A stretch of 43,672 nt of DNA. Source: Tubiluchus corallicola (lineage: Eukaryota > Animalia > Priapulida). Made by a program: the position numbers and the translations under genes. The notes below the pieces were generated by a model, which did not search any database, was not told the DNA's origin, and saw only the letters and a program-made list of their open reading frames with translations. Positions within the stretch are counted from its first letter, which is position 1, and every line of letters starts with the position of its first letter. Location of the stretch: the NCBI GenBank assembly GCA_030141605.1, contig JAQGDQ010000936.1:1-43672 (forward strand). Reading direction: 5' to 3'. This document shows positions 34,706-43,672 of the stretch, piece after piece.

Positions 34706-36944
34706 TAAAACTATCTCTTTAAAAGTAAAAAAGGAAATTCCACACGTAACAAGACACATAAATTTGTAAGATTATCTTTTCTATGCTGCACTGGTTTAGT
34801 GCAAAAAAAAACTTTTGAGCAGCAAAATTCCATTAAATTATAAGCAGGTGAAAAATCAATAAGAGGTGACAGCAATGAACTTTTGTGAAACAATAACATC
34901 TCTCTTTTAAGTTAAAATGTGAAAATGTGAACGAAATTTCAGAAATCTGAACTACACATAAAGACTTACAAAGTCTAAACTCTGGAAGTGAAATGTACCC
35001 AACATACACAGTGAGTTACACATTTTTTACTTAATTTACAAATTCTTACAATATATTCGTAAAGACATGTATAAAGCGTATACAAAAAAGCTGCTTATAT
35101 TGCAATTTAAGTTTGCGCATGAATGGGAGTTAAGCCATTATTGACAATTCTGGAACACAATAACAAATAGCTGGTATTGAAACGCTAAAGGTCCTATGAC
35201 ACTATTTTTTTTATTTTCCTTTATAGCGTAGGCGGAATTACATATTTCCTAATTTTTAAAACAGTTCTGATGCATACTTTTATGTGATATGATAACTTAA
35301 ATTAAGCGCTGTTATCGCCCGCCATGACACTCAGTTCTGTGACGTCACATCAGGAAGCGGCATAGCCGCAGTTCAGTAGACAACCAACGGCCTCAGCACT
35401 GGGAACGGAGCAATTATTGCCGAGTAACTGTTTATCAATTAATAAAAACGGTTTTCACAATAGTATTTATCTATTTATAGCAAATAAACTTATAAGAATG
35501 TATGCGCAGTGTCCTTCCTTACCGGGACGTCACTTCGGCTTTCTTCCCCCAATTTTTCGTTTTTCGCAAATTGCTTTTTTGTTTTTCTTTTATATTACCT
35601 TATGTAGACATTTGCTAACACTTCAAGAATCTAGTCAGAGGGCAAAAACATCTAGTCTAAACTCATCTAATATCAAGTATTTGGACAGAGGAAATCATAT
35701 TGTCAATCTTAAGTAGCTGGCAGAAGACGTCTACAGGCAATGTTAAGCATCTGAATAGAGTAATGCACAGAAAGCCTCAATTAGCTTGTTAGAAGACACG
35801 TATATCTAAGATCTCTAATCACTTAGAGTAATCTGAAACATCTAGACAGATGAAATCGATCGCCAATGTCAAGTACCTAATCAGAAGACCTGTACGGGCA
35901 ATTTTAATCATCTGCCCTGGAGACTTATACAGACAATCTCAACTGGCTTGTCAGAAGACGGGCATGGCCAAACCCAACCATCTGGTAGGAAGACTTCTAT
36001 TGCCAAGCTGAGGTACCTTACCAGAAGAAATCTACAGGCATTTCCACCACACGATACAAAGGCATCTACCGCTAAGTTCAACCAACTGGTAAAAGAACGT
36101 GTACATATATATATATCTACAGAAATGCAGCAGCGTCCCAGGCAAATTATGTCAATTGGTGCAGGCATGCCAGGTCAAGTACCTCCACAAGTACTACTAC
36201 AACTTGTGAATATATATGCAAATGTCTATTTTATGTAGCCTCTCGATTTGAAGCCACCCAAATTGTACAATTATCATTATTATTACTATTATTATTATAA
36301 TTCCTTATTTGAAATTTAAAATTAAACACTTGTACAAATTGTACAAAAATGAGGCTGTACGATAATCGAAAATTACACGATAATTTGGTAATTAAAACGT
36401 ATTGTGCACTGAAAACATTTATAATGTTTACTGCTAACCAGTGGGAAGTAAACAGTGGCATATCTAGGGCATGGCAGGTGCCCTAGGTGCCTGTTGGTAG
36501 TTTCTGAAAAAATGATTTTTCTTTTTATGTGTGTCAGAAGCACTAGGGTGGCCAGATCGTTAAAGAACTTGTGTAAATTATTATGTAAAAAATATGAAGC
36601 CCCAAATTATCGTAAATTCCAATAATTAACCTATAGAATTTAGAATTCGAATTTACTGCTAGATTTACCATGAACACACAATGATAATTTATACAGAAAG
36701 CATTAAATTAATTTTAAATCAACACAAATTTTACAAAGAAAAAAATATCAACATATGATTTTTATTCAGGCTACTGATATGCCTCTGGACAACACCAAGA
36801 AGAAAACCTTGTGTTGGTGCTGCCCAGATTACTGGAAAATTTGAAATTTAAAAAAGAGCAAAGACAAACTATTAACGACAACACTTATGTTAGAAGTTTT
36901 CAGACAAAAACTATTCAGGAATTTACACATAAACATATAAATAT

Positions 36945-37258
36945 AGTTTACAAACGTTAAGCATAAAGATCTTTACGTTTGTAAAGATACTTTACAAAAT
37001 GTTAAGCATAAAGATCTCATAAAGATCTTTACGTTTATAAAGATACTTTACAAACGTTAAGCATAAAGACCTCATAAAGATCTTTACGTTTATAAAGATA
37101 TTTTACAAACGTTAAGCATAAAGATCTTTATGTTTATAAAAATAGTTTACAAACGTTAAGCATAAAGATCTTTACGTTTATAAAGATAGTTTACAAACGT
37201 TAAGCGTAAAGATCTTTACGTTTATAAAGATAGTTTATAAAGGTTAAGCTTAAAGATC
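36945..37258. repeat. About 44-bp palindrome-containing minisatellite
   Basis: Unit tttacaaacgttaagcataaagatctttacgtttataaagatag containing the palindrome taaagatcttta. Confidence 0.9.
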
Positions 37259-38529
37259 TCAAGTAAAACTGCACTCCAGAATGGCTCACCCCCCCTCGTG
37301 CATTTTTAACCGCCTTCAGGTTTTCTAACATAAAGGCAGCTACATAAACGGCAAAAAGAATGTTCTACACAAGTGAAGTACAGAAACAACAAGCTTCTAC
37401 TCAATACACTATAAAAAGAAGAGTGAATAGTGATCATAATTATGTCACCTAAAGCTACAATCTCTATAATTACACATATTCCCTTGAAAGTATTCCAGCA
37501 CAATGAAGATCAGATTATACAAACATTTCAAATCTAGAGAATAATTGATATTATTTACACAGAGCTTATAACCGTTTCAGGAAAGATATATTATAGCCCA
37601 GACGAAAATATAACTAAACAATGCGCCTGTGCTAATAATAATTTTTCAGGAAAGGTTAAATATTTTTCTAAGTCGTAAAACTGCAGACTTAACGTTGTCT
37701 GTATGCTTGGCGAAGTAACATCGTAAAAGGCCTAGGCATGACTAGAATTTAAATTCGAATGAAAAACCGGCCTTCAAAAATAACTGCATTCATTTTCCAC
37801 AGTCACACTCGAAGGACACACATCATAACACACATTTCGGAATGCATAAATAATAGTGGAAAGAGTCATACATAATAAACTAGCAGTAGTCTTTCACAAT
37901 AAACCCCGTGACGCATGTTGCACCAATAGCAATTCTTTGAGACGCGATAGAAACATTCGGCTTAACGGGCAAGTTTTGCAAAAGTTCTGCATGCAACACC
38001 TTCAAAAATATTTTGACTAATTTTTGCATGAGGTTTAACATTATGAAAGACAATACCTAGAGGGCAGCATAAGCAATCGTGTGAAACAAGCCCTAATATT
38101 TGAACTGAGAATTCCACTGTAACAGCAGCATACAGAACACAAATCAATTTTATAGCTAAAACACGACAACTTTATTAAAACTTTTAATTTACGTAGTTAA
38201 AAAATCTTGTCAAACGTTTCGACAGAGCTACTGTTGTCATCATCAGTGGTAAATTTTTACAAACGTACAATCAGTGGTAAATTTTTACAAATATAAAGCC
38301 AGTTTATATAGGGACAGCCTACAGCATAGAACACTATGCACTAATTATGTATTTACAAAAGCCAAACAGGTAATGAATAAGCAGACTGATACAGTAAATT
38401 ATGCATTAATTACATATTTAGCAGAAGCCAAACAGGTTTTTTAAAATTTATTACGACTAAACAACAATTTGCATCGATAAATTAAACGGCTTATTGAAAA
38501 ATGTAGGATCTATTCATAAACATATGATT

Positions 38530-38632
38530 GTATGTATGTATGTATGTATGTATGTATGTATGTATGTATGTATGTATGTATGTATGTATGTATGTATACA
38601 TGTATGTTTGTATGCTTGTATATATATATATA
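38530..38632. repeat. (TATG)n / (TA)n microsatellite
   Basis: Read directly from the sequence. Confidence 0.95.
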
Positions 38633-38647
38633 TTGGTTGGCATCCGT

Positions 38648-38731
38648 CACATTGATCACATTGATGGAGCTGAGCAGTCCGATCCTTGAACCACTGGAGT
38701 GGCCAAGGTGTATGGAGATCCTGAGTTGGCC
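38648..38731 (-). mobile_element. Short inverted fragment of the 34105-34627 element
   Basis: ctgagcagtccgatccttgaaccactgga is the reverse complement of sequence at about 34499-34527. Confidence 0.7.
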
Positions 38732-39169
38732 ATATATATATATGTATGTGTAACAAAAGTAACGTATTAGAAAAAAACAATATTCTTTCAGAGACGATTT
38801 CCTTTTAGGTGAGAATCTGACATTATGTATGTTTTAGGTGATACCTAGGGAAGCTGAAGCTTACATAAGGCACGCAGTTGGCAATTCAAATTTCAATTTT
38901 AAGTTCGTAGTAACCGGTGACAGTAAAACAAAACAGTTAACAGTGTACAAAATGATGGAGTTAATAGGTTAATGAGATAGTCCACTGCAATAGAAGGCCA
39001 TTAAACAGACAAATGCCTATGTGATTTTCCTGCATTAAAACAGCTCCTTGCACAACAGCAAATCAAAGCTAGAGTCACATCTGCAAAGTGTAAAACTAGC
39101 AATACTACAACGATGACGGCTTGAGAAAAGCAGAAAAAAGTGCTTAAGTGCGAATGAAAACTCCATTAC

Positions 39170-39282
39170 CTGACGATACGTAGCCACTAGTTCCATTACC
39201 ATTAGGAATTCCTACTGGCCGAACGCCGTACTTTGATTCCTCACGTCTGTAATTCATTTGGTCCCTCATGTACGGATCATGT
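39170..39282 (-). CDS. EPS8: EPS8-like exon 3 (HDPYMRDQMNYRREESKYGVRPVGIPNGNGTSGYVSS)
   Basis: Acceptor atatatag, donor gtaatg; 113 nt, phase 2 to 1, in frame with the PTB exon. Confidence 0.8.
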
Positions 39283-39810
39283 CTATATATAATAAATATA
39301 AATAAACCTAACATATATATTATAACAAATATGTCATAATATAAATAAACCTAACTGCCAAAAAAGAAGAATTGAAGCAAGGGGAAAGAGTCGCTTCTAA
39401 ATTGCGTCCATCGTAACCGGGGGAAATTTTGAAAATTTTGTACATTTTCTAATTAAATTCTTTTACCCAAAGGCTAGAGTTCTGTATTTAAATTTCTGAA
39501 AGTTAATTTTTTATTTTAACAACAACTTATGTAAAAACTACGAATGTGTATTACTAATCAATTAAACAAAAAAACAGTAATTACAAACGGTGAGTGCAAT
39601 TTATACTCTAGGTGAAAGAATATATGAGTGCTAGTTCACAATACAAATTTACAATGCATTAATTATACTGACGACATTGCCTGCATTTTACAGAAAATTG
39701 TGCCAAGTCACTTTAGCCAAACAAAACTTAATAAGAAATTAGATTCAATTTTTTTTGTGAAGCAATGTCCATTGAAATCCATTATTGTTAATTCTTGTTA
39801 AAGTCAAAAA

Positions 39811-40573
39811 CAGTGAACTCTGGGTAAAACAAATTTTTGCCCAACTCGAAGAATTTCAGCAGAATGGACGAAATCTTTTGTTTCTCCCACAAAAGAACAT
39901 CGCTTACTCAAAATATATCACTCAAATTTTCGCCTAACTCAAAGAATTCGGCAAGAACGGATGAAATCCTTCGTTTGTCGCACAAAAACATCGCTTACTC
40001 AAAATATATCACTCAAATTTTCGCCTAATTCAAAGATTTCGGCAGAACGGACGAAATCCTTCGTTTTTCCCACAAAAAACATCGCTTACTCAAAATACAG
40101 AAGTCAAAATTTTGCCTAACTCAAATAAAAAAATTATGGTCCGTTTAATCAAAATACATGTAATTTACTTTGCCTAAGTCAAAAATGTAATTTATACTCT
40201 AGAAAAATAAAAAGTTTCGTACAACTTAAAAACAGCATCGTCTTCGGGAAAATTCTGATGTCTTACAAGTCGCGTCCCCGATTATTTTCTCCAGGATTGA
40301 TCTTTCCGGGAAAGTCCCAGTCGTGTTGTTCAACAGTGTTGTGTACGTGTTCTTTTGTAACATGAAAAAATCGTGTTTCACTACATAATTTGTTATTCTT
40401 TATGTAACTGTCATCATATTTCGTCGTTTATGTATAGAAGGGTTGATTTTCTGCCTTTTATTTAGCTCGCCATCTGGAGCAAGGGTTAAGAGTTTCTATG
40501 CAGAAAAATGGTCAACATCGCCTAACTAAGTTTTTTTCAGTTCAGTTGGATTTGAGTTATGCAGAGTTTACTG
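39811..40573 (-). mobile_element. Family B element copy 2 (inverted) with internal 91-bp tandem triplication
   Basis: Termini cagtgaactc...gagttatgcagagtttactg|ta; 40120-40323 is the reverse complement of about 8327-8530; cgcttactcaaaata at 39901, 39992 and 40083. Confidence 0.8.
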
Positions 40574-40661
40574 TATTAAAACTTGATACGCGATTAACGC
40601 GAGTAGGTTAAACCAAGCGCAAAAAGTAAAATTCAGTTACTGATAAATTTAATAAATATAC

Positions 40662-40787
40662 CTGTATGGTTCACTTCTGGAGGAAACTGCATCATCTTGT
40701 CTCCTGGCATAAGGGTCATGGTAGTTACTATAACCACGCGGTGAATGATCAATGCGCCTCATGTAAGGGTCGTACCCACTGTGCCCA
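40662..40787 (-). CDS. EPS8: EPS8-like exon 2 (GHSGYDPYMRRIDHSPRGYSNYHDPYARRQDDAVSSRSEPY)
   Basis: Acceptor ttttctgtctttcag, donor cag|gtatat; 126 nt, phase 2 to 2, in frame with exon 3; shares the DPY.R motif with exon 3. Confidence 0.78.
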
Positions 40788-41420
40788 CTGAAAGACAGAA
40801 AATACAGTCAGAAAATTGATCTTCTGGCATAGGGGTCATGGTAGTTACTATAACCACGCGGTGAATGATCAATGAGCCTCATGTAAGGGTCGTACCCGCT
40901 GTGCCCACTGAAAGACAGAAAATACAGTCAGAAAATTGATCTTCTGGCATAGGGGTCATGGTAGTTACTATAACCACACGGTGAATGATCAATGCACCTC
41001 ATGTAAGGGTCGTACCCGCTGTGCCCACTGAAAGACAGAAAATACAGTCAGAAAACTGATCTCCTGGCATAGGGGTCATGGTAGTTACTATAACCACGTG
41101 GTGAATGATCATTGCGGCTCATGTAAGGGCCGTACCCGCTGTGCCCACTGAAAGACAGAAAATACAGTCAGAAAATTGATCTTCTGGCATAAGGGTCATG
41201 GCAGTTACTATAACCACATGGTGAATGATCAATGCGGCTCATGTAAGGGCCGTACCCGCTGTGCCCACTGAAAGACAGAAAATACAGTCAGAAAATTGAT
41301 CTTCTGGCATAGGGGTCATGGCAGTTACTATAACCACATGGTGAATGATCAATGTGCCTCATGTAAGGGTCGTACCCGCTGTGCCCACTGAAAGACAGAC
41401 AATACAGTCAGAAAATTGAT
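40701..41420. repeat. 6 x 120-bp tandem array made of exon 2's acceptor plus its first 87 nt
   Basis: Exact period 120; acceptor AG (plus-strand ct) at 40788, 40908, 41028, 41148, 41268 and 41388. Confidence 0.95.
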
Positions 41421-42333
41421 TTGCCTTTGCAGAAGTCAATCCAAAATCAAGCCAATGGACTCTATTATTTATTTCCCAAACACAACTCCCTATAAGCACA
41501 ATCTTTGTAAACAACTGATGTATTCTTTACCTCTTTGCCATACTGAACGTTTTAAAAGTAGTTTTATACCACACGCACTTTTTAATTATTGGTAAGTTCA
41601 TTACTACTGTTTACACAGTGACACGAGATGTTATAATAATGGATTTTAATAAAATTAATTTTAACTTAAATTATTGTCTTTTAAATGTAATTTAAACTTC
41701 AGTCTGTTTGAATAAATGTTAGCTATCTTAATTCATGTAACGTAGTTTAATCTTCGGGTTACAAGAGCTTTCACTAAACTTTAATAAACTTCAATAAGTC
41801 AATAAATACAAAAAAACTTACTGGTGAAAGGCAAATGCAGAACAAAAAGTTAAAGCATCGAAAACACAATGTAATGAACTTCACATGGTGAGAAATATAT
41901 CCAACAAACATGAATCCAGTAAAAAGTCACAGGAAAAAGTCACAGAAGAAAAGAAAAAACCCGGACCCTAAATCCAAGATATTGAACAAAAGGTAACCTT
42001 TTCACATACATGTAATGACATCAACTATAAATTTGGTTGTCAATACGTACAAGCCATGCTTTGCCAGTTAATAACTAATTTAAAGTATTTTTGTTTTATT
42101 ACTTTAATTGATTATGGTACTTAAAGGAAGACAGAATGATTTTTCACATACTATCCCATTTTCAAATCCAATACATTTTAATACAATTAATACTGCAAAA
42201 GCTTTTCTGATAATTAAATAATGGATTAAAAACATAATTAATGGTGGGCGAGCCAAACCATTTTTAACCACAATTTTTTCAATGGGTATAAATTTATTAT
42301 AAGAAACATCAAATCAATGCATGTCGTACTCAC

Positions 42334-42350
42334 CTTATTCCAGTATGCAG
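42334..42350 (-). other. Candidate 17-nt microexon CTGCATACTGGAATAAG
   Basis: Flanked by acceptor cttcttttgtatag and consensus donor AAG|gtgagt. Confidence 0.4.
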
Positions 42351-42514
42351 CTATACAAAAGAAGTTTACAGTATGTGATTATGCTTGATTTACAAATACG
42401 GTGAAATTGAATAAATGCGCGCTTAACTGTACAAATACCTAACAAATATGAACAGAATCTGTATATCTAAATTACTTAGTGATAATAGTAGTGTGTTCGT
42501 GCGTATTTGGAAAG

Positions 42515-43240
<726 letters not shown>

Positions 43241-43645
43241 TGATTGAGAATTCCATATATACGAAGCCCGAGAAAAGGAAATGGACCAATCTCTTATGAC
43301 TCAAGAAGAATTTTAAACATCAGTTAAGTCGAATCAGAAACGTCTGGTGTTACTGAAGCACATGTAGTTATTCTTGTCGTAGAAGTAATTTTCGACGGCC
43401 TAGTTCGATTTGACAATTTTCAATTTTTTTGGTCAAAAAGCAAGCAAACGAAATTTCGAGCTTATTATGCTCTCTGCCCTCGCTACAGCAAACAGGGAAG
43501 TAAAAGTGAAATTCACACAAACACATGAAAAGTGATTACAACAGCTTAATGACTGCATTATCAATTGATCAGAAAAACCTGTTGGGCTGTTTGATTAGAA
43601 GTCAGGCGCAAGTTACTCAGGAAATAATTAACACAACTCACTCAC

Positions 43646-43671
43646 TTGACCGATTCAATGATCTTAGGCAT
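43646..43671 (-). CDS. EPS8: Tentative first coding exon of the EPS8-like gene (MPKIIESVN...)
   Basis: ATG CCT AAG ATC ATT GAA TCG GTC AA|gtgagt; phase 2 matches exon 2. It is at the window edge, so the exon may extend upstream. Confidence 0.45.
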
Positions 43672-43672
43672 T

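Overview
AT-rich eukaryotic (invertebrate-like) genomic DNA. Nearly the whole window is one minus-strand, intron-rich EPS8-family gene (EPS8/arouser-like). I reconstructed 20 exons by hand (43671 down to 2504), all with GT..AG introns and consistent phases. They give about 880 codons: a Tyr/Arg-rich N-terminus, PTB domain, EGFR-binding region, Arg/Tyr-rich linker, SH3, Pro-rich segment and SAM-like effector region. The first exon is tentative and the terminal exon was not found. Introns hold many non-autonomous DNA transposons (Tc1/pogo-like, hAT-like, piggyBac-like, Helitron-like), RTE- and L2-like LINE fragments, minisatellites and microsatellites. A Gag-like ORF runs off the left edge. Most of the supplied ORF track is spurious. 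There is no prokaryotic system, CRISPR array or RNA gene. The most notable observations concern splicing: a 6x120-bp array that multiplies a real splice acceptor into stop-containing decoys; a duplicated post-SH3 exon pair where one copy carries RPLPTLP/PxxDY SH3-ligand motifs and the other has lost them and ends in a stop; a candidate 17-nt microexon; and inverted MITEs flanking a 60-nt symmetric exon. These are hypotheses needing RNA evidence.
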